Source: Myxococcales bacterium
GTDB lineage: Bacteria > Desulfobacterota > Binatia > HRBIN30
NCBI GenBank assembly: GCA_037445065.1
Contig: JBBILD010000010.1
Span: forward strand, 87,080-151,079
Length of the DNA stretch: 64,000 nt
Direction: 5' to 3'
The notes beneath the pieces were generated by a model that was not told the origin of the DNA, did not search any database, and saw only the letters and a program-made list of their open reading frames with translations. Below are positions 33,201-41,716 of the stretch, piece by piece. Numbering within the stretch: the first letter of the stretch is position 1; each line of letters opens with the position of its first letter. Made by a program: the position numbers and the translations under genes.

Positions 33201-33857
33201 GGTGACGGCTGGGCCTACGACATCGGGTTTGCCGGCCTCGACCACGTGCTCGCCTCGGGGCTGGACGTCAACGTGCTCGTGTTGGACACCGAGGTGTACT
33301 CCAATACGGGAGGGCAGCAGTCGAAAGCCACTCCGCTGGGAGCCGCTGCCAAGTTCGCCAGCGCGGGGAAGGAGACACCCAAAAAAGACCTCGGGCTCAT
33401 CGCCATGGCCTACGGGAACATCTATGTGGCACGCATCGCTTTGCTTGCTCGCGACCAACAAGCAACGCACGCGTTCCTGGAGGCCGAATCCTTTCCGGGT
33501 CCGTCTCTCCTTCTCGCCTACAGCCACTGCATTGCCCACGGCTACGACCTCCGCTTCGCTGGCGATCAGCAGCGGCGTGCCGTGCAGTCGGGCTACTGGC
33601 CGGTCTACCGCTTCGATCCACGGCGCTTGGCGCAAGGCTTGGAACCTCTTCAGCTCGACACCCCGGAACCGAAGATCCCCTTGGCCGACTTCGCCTACCA
33701 AGAGGCCCGCTTCCGCATGGTCGAGCAACTGGACGCGGCTCGCTTCCGAAAGCTTCTGGCACAAGAACAGGAAGAGATCCGCCGCCGCTTCCGCCTTTAC
33801 CAAGAGCTCTCGCGTTTGCGCTCCTTGGCCAGCGAACCGAGCAGGGAGGAACCATGA
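30252..33857 (+). CDS. nifJ: Pyruvate:ferredoxin (flavodoxin) oxidoreductase
   Basis: IYPITPASPMGE, EMQSEAGA, two 4Fe-4S motifs, GACAGCGETPY, GGDGWAYDIG. Confidence 0.96.
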   Translation: MTHPVLQGAGPQAATATVDANEAVASVAYRLSEVIAIYPITPASPMGEWADAWAAHGRPNLWGAVPRIIEMQSEAGAIAAVHGAIQSGALATSFTASQGLLLMIPNLYKIAGELTPFCLHVAARAVATHALSIFGDHSDVMACRATGFAMLCSASVQEAQDLACVAHLATLRSRIPFLHFFDGFRTSHEIQKIVPLRDEDLESMLDAPSLAAHRARALTPDRPVIRGTSHNPDTYFQAREAVNPYYQALLRIVAEEVERFAARTGRHYPLYEFFGHPEAQRVLVAMGSGSETAAETAEHLAARGERVGVVRVRMFLPFDAEGFLRVLPPSTEAVAVLDRTKEPGAIGEPLFQQVATALYEASYTTQQTKPPIKLIGGRFGLAGKEFTPAMVQSVFEELAAPAPRPRFTVGITDDVSGLSLPVSEQSPEEPEDVFRAVFYGLGSDGTVSANKSSLKILGEHTPYFVQGAFVYDSKKAGAMTISHLRISPHPIRSAYLIRRAQFIACHQFSFLARYDILRLAQPGATLLLNAPYGPEALWDHLPAPVQQGILDKQLRVYAIDAHQLARELGLGVRINTIMQTCFFALTDFLPFEEAAKAMKEQIRASYGAFGDNVVERNFQAVERARDWLSAVPIPSAVTSHTSVPELVPAQAPEFVRRVTAALLAQTGDQLPVSAFPPDGTWPTGTARWEKRRIAQSIPIWDPGVCIQCNKCALVCPHAAIRTKVFPPEAAVSAPAHFRSVPYKGTDFPGFVYSVQVAPEDCTGCELCVQICPAKDRRNPRHKALEMEPLADHLQSERRNYDFFLSLPEADRTRVHLDVKGAQLFQPLFEYSGACAGCGETPYIKLLTQLFGDRILIANATGCSSIYGGNLPTTPYTTNAEGRGPAWSNSLFEDNAEFGLGMRLALDHLSNRAQHLLRMMATEVGERLVEALLHSPQDNEAAIAAQRARVAELRQRLARLRSSPARELQLLADYLVRKSVWIVGGDGWAYDIGFAGLDHVLASGLDVNVLVLDTEVYSNTGGQQSKATPLGAAAKFASAGKETPKKDLGLIAMAYGNIYVARIALLARDQQATHAFLEAESFPGPSLLLAYSHCIAHGYDLRFAGDQQRRAVQSGYWPVYRFDPRRLAQGLEPLQLDTPEPKIPLADFAYQEARFRMVEQLDAARFRKLLAQEQEEIRRRFRLYQELSRLRSLASEPSREEP

Positions 33858-34858
33858 TGAAACTGACCACGAACTACTTGGGGCTCACGCTTCCCAGTCC
33901 GCTCGTCGCTGGTGCGTCCCCACTCGCAGACGACCTCGACACGGCCCGCAGGCTGGAAGATGCCGGCGCTGGTGCGATCGTCATGCACTCTCTGTTCGAA
34001 GAGCAAATCGAACTCGAGGAACTCGGCACGGTACATGGGATGAACGTGCATGAGGAGTGTTTCGCAGAAGCGTTGTCGTATTTCCCTCGCCCGGCCGACT
34101 TCCGCCTCGGCCCAGACCAGTATTTGGAGCAGGTGCGACGCCTCAAGCAGGCACTGCAGATTCCGGTGATCGCTTCCCTCAATGGCACCACCGCGGCCGG
34201 GTGGCTGCGCTACGCCGCCCTCCTGCAACAGGCGGGAGCAGATGCCATCGAAGTGAACGCCTACCGCATCGTTACCGACTTCTCGGAGAGCAGTGCTCAA
34301 GTGGAAGACAACTTGGTGGAAATCGTCCGCGCCGTGCGCGCGCGCGTGCACATACCGATCGCAGTCAAACTTTCGCCCTTTTTCTCGGCACTCCCCCACA
34401 TGAGCCTGCGCCTCGCGGAGGCTGGCGCCGACGGCCTCGTCTTGTTCAACCGCTTTTACCAGCCTGATTTCGATCTCGACTCGCTCGAGGTGGTGCCCCA
34501 CTTGCAGCTCTCGGACCGCAGTGAACTCACGTTACGCCTGCGCTGGCTAGCCATCCTGTACGGGCGCCTGCCGGTAGCGCTGGCCGCCACAGGCGGCGTA
34601 CACACCGCAACCGATGCCGTGAAGGCCTTGATGGCCGGTGCGGACATTGTCCAAGTGGTCTCCGCGCTGCTTCGGTACGGCGCTGGCTACCTAACCAAAC
34701 TGCACGCGGACTTGCGTGCGTGGATGGAAAATGCTGGGTACGAATCGGTCGAAAAGTTGCGTGGCTGCTTGAGCTTACAGCGCTGCCCAGATCCAGCCGC
34801 CTTCGAGCGGGCGCAGTACATGCGTATCTTGCACACGTGGCACCCATCCTCGCTCTAG
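33854..34858 (+). CDS. Dihydroorotate dehydrogenase-like FMN protein
   Basis: LTTNYLGL.LPSPL, SLFEEQI, PVIASLNG, VLFNRFYQPD, ATGGVH; overlaps the PFOR stop. Confidence 0.85.
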   Translation: MMKLTTNYLGLTLPSPLVAGASPLADDLDTARRLEDAGAGAIVMHSLFEEQIELEELGTVHGMNVHEECFAEALSYFPRPADFRLGPDQYLEQVRRLKQALQIPVIASLNGTTAAGWLRYAALLQQAGADAIEVNAYRIVTDFSESSAQVEDNLVEIVRAVRARVHIPIAVKLSPFFSALPHMSLRLAEAGADGLVLFNRFYQPDFDLDSLEVVPHLQLSDRSELTLRLRWLAILYGRLPVALAATGGVHTATDAVKALMAGADIVQVVSALLRYGAGYLTKLHADLRAWMENAGYESVEKLRGCLSLQRCPDPAAFERAQYMRILHTWHPSSL

Positions 34859-34876
34859 GGGTGGCCAGCGCCAGAG

Positions 34877-37003
34877 CTACTTTTCTTCTACGTGTGTAAT
34901 CGGACTCCACTCCGGGCCCGGCGCCCGCCGAAGATACTGCTCGCAGCGTTGCGCAAACACCGCCGCCGGGCCGTCTGCCGGGTAGTCGCGCAGGATCTCC
35001 CGGAAGCTCTCGAGGGCCTCTCCCCAGTGCCGCTCGCGGTAGCAGGCTAGTGCGGACTCGAAGCGGTGGGCCATACCTTCCAAGGCGCGCCGCTGTGCAA
35101 AGTCGCCCACCCCGAGCACCTCGAACACCCGCACGGGCTGTTGGCGACCCTTGACGCGCACCCAATCAATCTCGCGCACCAGTAGCTGATTGCCCGCTTG
35201 GCGCACGGTCTCCTCGCTGGCCAAAATCGTGGTCCCGTAACGCTTGTTCAGGCCCTCCAAGCGCGAGGCCAAGTTCACGTTGTCTCCGACTACGGTGAGG
35301 CTCAAGTGTTCAGCCGATCCCAGATTCCCGAACACCATGGGCCCGGTGTTAATGCCGACCCCCAACGCAAGCTGAGGCCAGCCGCGGTCCCGCCAACGTT
35401 CGCACAACTGCGCCAAGCGCTCCCTCATCGTCAGGGCAGCGGCGCACGCCTGGCGGGCGTGGTGCACACTTGGCAACGGCGCTCCCCACAAGGCCATGAG
35501 TCCATCGCCCATGTATTTGTCGAGCATACCGTCGTGCTCGAACACGACCTCCGTCATGGCGCCGAGGTACACGTTCAGCAACTCGACCAACTGTTCCGCA
35601 GGCAGAGCCTCGGAGATGGCGGTAAAGCCACGTAAGTCCGAGAACAACACGGTACACTCGCGCTTTTCACCTCCTAAATGGAGGGCCTGCGGGTGCTCGG
35701 CCACGTACGCGGCGGCCGCCGGACTCAGATAGAGTTCCAGAGCTTTGCGCAAGCGCCGCCGCTCGCGCTCTTCCCAGACGTACCGCTGCAAGGTTCCAGT
35801 CGCGAAGGTAAGCCCAATGGCCAAGCTCGGTCCGAGCACGGGGAAAACGCAGCCATGCTGGCGCAAGAGGGTCTCGGCAATCGCCACGTACGCAACCGCC
35901 ACAGCCAGACACACCAGGGCAGCACGTGCGGCGGTCATACGCGCCAGTACGAGCGCCACCAGCAGGGTAAACCCGACGATTGCCAGCACCGCGAACGCCT
36001 CCCCCCACGCTGGGCTCCACAGGAAGCGCCCTTGCAAAACGTTGTCGATCACGGTGGCGTGGATTTCCACGCCCGGAAACACGGGTGAAAAGGGCGTCAC
36101 CCGCAAATCGTAGACCGCGGTGGCGGTGACCCCCACCAGAACGATCTTGTCACGCAGCTGCTCGGGCGGCACCCGGCCTTGCAGGACGTCGGTGGCTGGA
36201 ATGTGCACGAAGGTACGCGGCGGCCCGCGAAAATCAATTCGTAAGAAACCACTGCGGTCCACCGGCAGCGCCCTGTCGCCTAGGCGAACGAACCGCACGC
36301 CCTCGCTGCTGACTTCGATGGAAAGGGGTTGACCCAATGCCTGGCGCAGCGTGGCTAAGGCCAGTGGAACGGCGATTTCATCCCCGTAACGCAACGCTAA
36401 CGGGACGCGGCGGATGGTACCATCCACGTCCGGAACAAAGTTGAAGTAGCCCGCATCCGCGGCTGCCGCTTGGAAAAGCGGCAGGTTGCTGGTCACGCGC
36501 GGCAGACGCGCCACGCGGGGCGGTAACCACTCCAGCGCATCGCTGCCGCGCACACGCACTCGATCGTAGGTGCGCAGCCGCACTCGCTCCTCGGGTGGGC
36601 TTTCACGCGCGAAGTCGAGAAAGTAACCGAGCACCGTCCGCGGCAATTCGCGCAAGGCCCAAGCCAGCGCCTCATCGGCCGCGTTTCCACCAGCTTCTGG
36701 CGGGGACGCTTCGGACTGCACGACATCGAAACCCACCGCGCGCGGCTGATACGCCGCCAATTTGCGCACGAGTTCTGCCATTCGCGCGCGCGACCAAGGC
36801 CACCGCCCTTCGCGCTCGATACTAGTGTCGTCAATGGCAACGATGACTACCCGCGCGTCCGCCGCCCGCTGTGGGCGCCAAGTCAGACGGAAATCGTCGG
36901 CCCGTAGCTCAAGACTGCGGTAGACGCGGCAACCGGAGACGTGAGCACCCAGCAAGCCGCTAGCAACGACCAACGCCGGAAGCAGCGCGCGCCAGCGGTC
37001 CAT
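34877..37003 (-). CDS. CHASE2 domain adenylate/guanylate cyclase
   Basis: IDDTSI..EGRWPWSR (CHASE2), LFSDLRGFT, DKYMGDG, GDNVNLASRLEGLNK. Confidence 0.92.
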   Translation of the reverse strand: MDRWRALLPALVVASGLLGAHVSGCRVYRSLELRADDFRLTWRPQRAADARVVIVAIDDTSIEREGRWPWSRARMAELVRKLAAYQPRAVGFDVVQSEASPPEAGGNAADEALAWALRELPRTVLGYFLDFARESPPEERVRLRTYDRVRVRGSDALEWLPPRVARLPRVTSNLPLFQAAAADAGYFNFVPDVDGTIRRVPLALRYGDEIAVPLALATLRQALGQPLSIEVSSEGVRFVRLGDRALPVDRSGFLRIDFRGPPRTFVHIPATDVLQGRVPPEQLRDKIVLVGVTATAVYDLRVTPFSPVFPGVEIHATVIDNVLQGRFLWSPAWGEAFAVLAIVGFTLLVALVLARMTAARAALVCLAVAVAYVAIAETLLRQHGCVFPVLGPSLAIGLTFATGTLQRYVWEERERRRLRKALELYLSPAAAAYVAEHPQALHLGGEKRECTVLFSDLRGFTAISEALPAEQLVELLNVYLGAMTEVVFEHDGMLDKYMGDGLMALWGAPLPSVHHARQACAAALTMRERLAQLCERWRDRGWPQLALGVGINTGPMVFGNLGSAEHLSLTVVGDNVNLASRLEGLNKRYGTTILASEETVRQAGNQLLVREIDWVRVKGRQQPVRVFEVLGVGDFAQRRALEGMAHRFESALACYRERHWGEALESFREILRDYPADGPAAVFAQRCEQYLRRAPGPEWSPITHVEEK

Positions 37004-37014
37004 GAATCTGCCTC

Positions 37015-38415
37015 TCAGTCGCGCCCTCCGCGTGCGATCCGCTCCAAATTCAGAAGCGCTTCAATTTGCTCCCGCGGCAAGCGGCCCTCTTTCTCGAGAA
37101 TCTCGCGCAGGGAGGCGTCCTCCTCCAAGGCGCGCCGGTACAAGCGGGCCGCTTCGTCGTAGCCGAGAACCGGGGCTAGAGCCGTCACCAGTGCCGCCGT
37201 TCTCTCCGCGTACTGGCGGCAACGCTCTACGTTGGCGCGGATTCCGGCCACGCAGCGAGTCGCCAACACCTGTGCCGTACTGGCCAAGATCTCGAGGCTT
37301 TCGATCAGGTGATGAGCAATCAGCGGCATCATGGTGTTCAGTTCGAGGTTGCCATGCATGGCCGCCACCGCGATCGCGGCGTCGTTGCCGACTAGATGTG
37401 CGCACACCATGTTGACCGCTTCGGGGACGACTGGGTTCACCTTCCCCGGCATGATACTCGAACCGGGCTGGGTGGCCGGCAGCTCGATTTCCGCCAAGCC
37501 CGTCCGTGGGCCTGATGTCAGGAGGCGCAAATCGTTGCAGATTTTCATCAGGCCGACGGCGAGCACGCGCACCGCCCCCGAAAGTTCCACCGCTGCGTCT
37601 CGGTTCTGTAGCGCCTCGAACGGGTTCTTGGCGGGAAAAAAGAGGAGGCCGCTGAGAGCGCGCAGCTCTTGCACCATCTGCACCGCAAAATCCGCGGGGG
37701 CGTTGAGTCCGGTGCCGACCGCCGTGCCACCAATGGCCAGTTCTGCCACGTGCGGCCGGCAGTTTTCCAATCGCACAATACCATGCCGCACCACACTGGC
37801 GTACCCGGAAAACTCTTGCCCCAAGGTCATGGGGACTGCGTCTTGCAAGTGCGTGCGGCCAGCCTTCAGCACAGAGGCAAATTCCTCCGCCTTTGCTTCG
37901 AAGGCGGCAGCCAACTGGCGCACCGCCGGGAGCACAGCGTTCTCGAGGGCATCGAGAGCCGCTACGTGAATCGCGGTCGGGAACACATCGTTGGTACTCT
38001 GTCCCAGGTTGACGTGATCGTTGGGGTGAACCCGCGCGCGATCCGAGCGCTCCACTCCCAACAGCTCGCGGGCGCGCGCAGCAATCACTTCGTTGGCGTT
38101 CATGTTCGTGGATGTACCGGAGCCAGTCTGAAACACATCCACGACAAACTGCGCGTCCCACTTTCCCTCGGCTACCTCGCGGGCCGCTGTTTCGATGGCC
38201 TGTCCGAGCTCCGGCGCAAGGAGCCGCAGGCGCGTGTTCACCCGAGCCGCGGCCACTTTGATCCACCCCAGCGCCTTCAAAAACCGCCGCGGGAAGCGGA
38301 GGGAGGAAATCTGAAACGTCTGTCGCGCGCGTTCGGTGGAGGCCCCGTAGTACGCATCCGCAGGGACCTCGATCTCTCCGAAGGAGTCACGTTCCAGGCG
38401 GCCGCCGCTGGTCAC
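37015..38415 (-). CDS. fumC: Class II fumarate hydratase
   Basis: ERDSFG, FQTGSGTSTNMNANE, GRTHLQDA, GSSIMPGKVNP; GTG start inferred. Confidence 0.93.
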   Translation of the reverse strand: MTSGGRLERDSFGEIEVPADAYYGASTERARQTFQISSLRFPRRFLKALGWIKVAAARVNTRLRLLAPELGQAIETAAREVAEGKWDAQFVVDVFQTGSGTSTNMNANEVIAARARELLGVERSDRARVHPNDHVNLGQSTNDVFPTAIHVAALDALENAVLPAVRQLAAAFEAKAEEFASVLKAGRTHLQDAVPMTLGQEFSGYASVVRHGIVRLENCRPHVAELAIGGTAVGTGLNAPADFAVQMVQELRALSGLLFFPAKNPFEALQNRDAAVELSGAVRVLAVGLMKICNDLRLLTSGPRTGLAEIELPATQPGSSIMPGKVNPVVPEAVNMVCAHLVGNDAAIAVAAMHGNLELNTMMPLIAHHLIESLEILASTAQVLATRCVAGIRANVERCRQYAERTAALVTALAPVLGYDEAARLYRRALEEDASLREILEKEGRLPREQIEALLNLERIARGGRD

Positions 38416-38432
38416 TGCCTCCGCTCCTGGCC

Positions 38433-38963
38433 TCAGTACTGGATCAACGAGCGCACCGCATGCGGCTTGAGGCGCTGCCGGCCCTGGAGGGCAGTGAGTT
38501 CGATGACAAAGGCGCAGGCGACAATTTCGCCCCCGAGCTGATTGACCAAATCGCAAGCTGCACCCGCTGTGCCCCCAGTTGCCAGCAAGTCGTCCACGAT
38601 CAGCACCCGCGTCGGGCTGCCGAAGGCATCGGAGTGGATCTCGAGCATGTCGGTTCCGTACTCGAGTTCGTACGCAGCGCTCAAGGTCGCAGCCGGGAGT
38701 TTTCCGGGCTTGCGCACCACAGCGAGCCCCGCACCCAGCGCGTACGCCACAGCGGCGCCAAAAATGAAGCCACGGGACTCGATCCCGAGCACCATGTCCA
38801 CCCGCCCGTGGTACGGGGCGGCAAGCTGCTCGATCGTCGTGCGAAAGGCCGGACCGTGGGCGAGCAGCGGTGTCACGTCGCGGAAGATGATCCCTGGCTT
38901 GGGAAAATCCGGCACATCGCGGATCCAACGTTTGAGTTCGCTCACGGCCACCTGGGTTTCCAT
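38433..38963 (-). CDS. apt: Adenine phosphoribosyltransferase
   Basis: PDFPKPGIIFRD, ESRGF, RKPGKLP, IVDDLLATGGT. Confidence 0.96.
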   Translation of the reverse strand: METQVAVSELKRWIRDVPDFPKPGIIFRDVTPLLAHGPAFRTTIEQLAAPYHGRVDMVLGIESRGFIFGAAVAYALGAGLAVVRKPGKLPAATLSAAYELEYGTDMLEIHSDAFGSPTRVLIVDDLLATGGTAGAACDLVNQLGGEIVACAFVIELTALQGRQRLKPHAVRSLIQY

Positions 38964-39019
38964 GAAAGAACGCCTCTACCAGATGCCATCCTCGACCGAC
39001 AAGGGAGCGCGCCGCACGC

Positions 39020-39664
39020 TTATTTTTGCCTCGCGGCTGCTTTGCAATCCGCAACCGAACCGGCCCCAGTTGGGCACCAGGCTACCGAGCCCGCTGCAAG
39101 CAACCGAGGACCCAAGAACACATATGGGTCCAAGGCCACCTGGGCGCGTCGAATTTCAAAGTGCAGGTTGGGCCCCGTCGTGCGGCCGGTGGTTCCCACC
39201 GCTCCAATCACCTGCCCGGCACGCACGTGCTCGCCGCGGCGCACACGGGCCCGCTGCAAGTGCGCGTACAAGCTCAGCAAGCCGCGTTCGTGGCGCAAGG
39301 CTACCGTCTCCCCGTAACCGCGCAGTGCACCGACGAATAGGACCTCACCGTCCCAGGCAGCACGCACCGGTGTGCCCTTGGGAGCATAAATGTCTATGCC
39401 GTCATGGAAGCGCCCGCCCCTTCTACCAAAGGCCGAGGACACGGACCCACCATCCACCGGCCAACGAAAGCCCTGCCGCCAGTGGCGCAACTCGCGTCCG
39501 GAAAGGGGGAGCAGCGCTTGTGGCGCACGCCCGATGAGCACCAGTTCGCGCGGCACCGCTTCGGGCTCAGGCGCGATTCGGTGCGGGCGCTTCCCGCCAC
39601 AGCCGCTGGCCAGAAGCACCACGACAAACAGGGCAACTCGCTGCCGTTCCCATCCACCGCACAT
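39020..39664 (-). CDS. M23 family peptidase, NlpD-like lipoprotein
   Basis: Lipobox LASGC, FRWPV, HDGIDI, YAHL, GPNLHFEIR. Confidence 0.88.
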   Translation of the reverse strand: MCGGWERQRVALFVVVLLASGCGGKRPHRIAPEPEAVPRELVLIGRAPQALLPLSGRELRHWRQGFRWPVDGGSVSSAFGRRGGRFHDGIDIYAPKGTPVRAAWDGEVLFVGALRGYGETVALRHERGLLSLYAHLQRARVRRGEHVRAGQVIGAVGTTGRTTGPNLHFEIRRAQVALDPYVFLGPRLLAAGSVAWCPTGAGSVADCKAAARQK

Positions 39665-39965
39665 CGGCCCAACTCCTCCACTACGGCTCAGTCGTCTCCT
39701 GGATGCGGCGCCGATTCTACACTGGTTCTGCGCGCAACTCTCGCGCTTTTTGCAGCTCGCTCCGTCCGCGCACGCAGCAGCGATGCTGTCATGCGTGGGA
39801 AACGTTCTTCACCGCGGCGGTGTTGGAGCCGCTTCTGCCTCGAGCACCGCATGGCTCGGACCGGTGGGGGTGGCACGGTACCCACGGAAAGCGCAGCAAG
39901 TCCGCCACTCGGCCCGCTGCGCTAGCTCGAGCCACAAGGCGCCGACCAACGTGGAGGCCGCTGCC

Positions 39966-40715
39966 TCACGGCCACGGGATTTTGAGACCGGCCAGCTGCG
40001 GCAAGGAGGAGTAATTGGTCAGGTCGAGGTGCAGCGGCGTCACAGAGATATAGCCCGCGTGTACGGCGGCGTAATCCGTTCCCTCACCCGCCTCCACGTC
40101 CACCTGTCCCCCGCCGATCCAGTAGTACTTTTTTCCACGCGGGTCGACTTTTTCCACAATCACATCGCTGTAGCGGCGCTTGCCTTGCCGGGTGAGCACG
40201 TGCCCTTTGATGGTCTCGCGCGGTCCCGCCGGCACGTTCACGTTCAGCAAGGTATCGGGAGGCAAACCGTGCTCCAGAACCACGGCGGCAAGCGCCCGGC
40301 TAAACGCGGCGGCGGCTGTGAAGTCGAATTCGTCCGTACCGAGCAGCGACACAGCAATGCCGGGCACTCCGAGTAGGGTGGCTTCCATAGCGGCAGAAAC
40401 CGTACCAGAGTAGGTGACATCCTCCCCCAGGTTCGCACCGTGGTTGATCCCTGAAACAACCAGGCGCGGGCGTTCCGGCAAGATGGCGTGAATGGCCAAG
40501 GTGATGCAGTCGGTCGGTGTACCGTCCACGGCAAAGCGGCGCTCCCCTACCGGCTCGATGCGAAGCGGGCGATGCAAAGTAAGGGCGTGGCTCACGGCAC
40601 TTTGGTTGCGGTCGGGGGCAACGACCCAGACTTCGTCCAACCCCTCCAGCGCCGCCACCAACGCCTGCAAGCCGGCGGATGCAATGCCGTCGTCGTTGCT
40701 GACCAGAATCGCCAC
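39966..40715 (-). CDS. surE: 5'/3'-nucleotidase SurE
   Basis: ILVSNDDG, GTPTDC, SGINHGANLG, YSGTVSAA. Confidence 0.96.
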   Translation of the reverse strand: MAILVSNDDGIASAGLQALVAALEGLDEVWVVAPDRNQSAVSHALTLHRPLRIEPVGERRFAVDGTPTDCITLAIHAILPERPRLVVSGINHGANLGEDVTYSGTVSAAMEATLLGVPGIAVSLLGTDEFDFTAAAAFSRALAAVVLEHGLPPDTLLNVNVPAGPRETIKGHVLTRQGKRRYSDVIVEKVDPRGKKYYWIGGGQVDVEAGEGTDYAAVHAGYISVTPLHLDLTNYSSLPQLAGLKIPWP

Positions 40716-40784
40716 GCGCGCAAGCTAACACCCTCTACGGGGGCAAGCAATTTTGCGCGGCCCCGGGCGCGATTGGCGAGGCAA

Positions 40785-40858
40785 TCGGGGCGGCGGGATT
40801 TGAACCCACGACCACTCGCACCCCAAGCGAGTGCGCTACCAGGCTGCGCTACGCCCCG
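40785..40858 (-). tRNA. tRNA-Pro(GGG)
   Basis: CGGGGCGTAGCGCAGCCTGGTAGCGCA-CTCGC-TTGGGGT-GCGAG...GGTTCAAATCC...GCCCCGA cloverleaf; CCA not encoded. Confidence 0.95.
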
Positions 40859-40937
40859 TTTGCTCCTGTGTTGGGGTGGCAGGCCTTATAGCGAGCCGCA
40901 ATGAGAAAACTCAACCGGCAGCTTGCGCGCTTGGGCC

Positions 40938-41201
40938 TCAGCAAAGGCGCTGCTCTGACATGAAGTACTCCTCCCCCTCCGCAGTAAGGCCAACCACTAG
41001 CTCGCGCGCATCGAACCAAACCCAGCGGACACGGTACAACAGGTACAAGGCGCGGCGCAGTTCCGCTTCTGGCACGCCGAGAGACTGGCTCAACTCCGGC
41101 AGGCTCAAGCGCGCCCTTTCTCCCCACAACAAACGCCCCAGCAGGAGGGTGCGGAGCAGTGAGGAGAGAGGCGGCGGCAATGGCAGCTCGTAGGTAATCA
41201 T
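40938..41201 (-). CDS. Small winged-helix-like hypothetical protein
   Basis: GAGGAG RBS; LSLPELSQSLGVPEAELRRAL...LTAEG resembles wHTH. Confidence 0.55.
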   Translation of the reverse strand: MITYELPLPPPLSSLLRTLLLGRLLWGERARLSLPELSQSLGVPEAELRRALYLLYRVRWVWFDARELVVGLTAEGEEYFMSEQRLC

Positions 41202-41361
41202 TCCATGTGTCTCCTCACGGATTCGCCACTCCGCTCAGCAAGCCATGTGCCCACGCGAGACAACGGCGGCGCCATTTTCCGGCCGCAGGCTCGCTGGCGC
41301 GCCGCACACAAATGTAAGGAAAGAGGCAAAGCCGTGACACTCGCCGCCCCAGGCACAGGGG

Positions 41362-41688
41362 TCAGCCTTGGCCACCCGCTGCCCGTTGCAAGGCAGGGGA
41401 GCCGGTTTTTTGTACGAGTAAGCGGCGCAGAACGGGGCTCGCGCGGAAAGAGATCACACGCCGGCCACTGATGGTCAGTTGCTCCCCGGTTTGTGGATTG
41501 CGCCCCCTGCGGGGTCGTTTCTCCCGAACCCGAAACGACCCAAAACCAGACAACTTGACCAATTCTCCCCGCGCCAGGCTTTCCTTGATGATCTCGAAGA
41601 AGGAGTCCACCAAGGAGGCGGCTTCCGCCTTCGAGCAGTTCAACCGCTGCGCGACTTGCTCAACGATCTGGCCCTTGGTCAGGGTCAC
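41362..41688 (-). CDS. ihfA: Integration host factor subunit alpha
   Basis: LTKGQI, VKLSGFGSF, RRGRNPQTGE; directly after pheT. Confidence 0.92.
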   Translation of the reverse strand: MTLTKGQIVEQVAQRLNCSKAEAASLVDSFFEIIKESLARGELVKLSGFGSFRVREKRPRRGRNPQTGEQLTISGRRVISFRASPVLRRLLVQKTGSPALQRAAGGQG

Positions 41689-41716
41689 ACACGGCTCCTC
41701 GACCTACCCTAAGGGG

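Noticed and set aside
33854..34858. DHOD-like gene as the missing pyrD of the pyr operon
   Set aside because: Belongs to the PFOR-linked DHOD-like group; a role in pyrimidine synthesis cannot be supported from the sequence
38416..39054. Apparent N-terminal extension of fumC; similar extensions on nuoN, PFOR and the 27013 ORF
   Set aside because: These overlap real neighbouring genes or intergenic DNA; family homology starts at the downstream start codons
39688..39885. 65-aa ORF between surE and the M23 peptidase
   Set aside because: No motif; not pcm; cannot be supported as coding
40760..40860. tRNA-Pro or tRNA-Val as an integration site
   Set aside because: No integrase, att duplication or foreign genes nearby; the flanks are housekeeping genes
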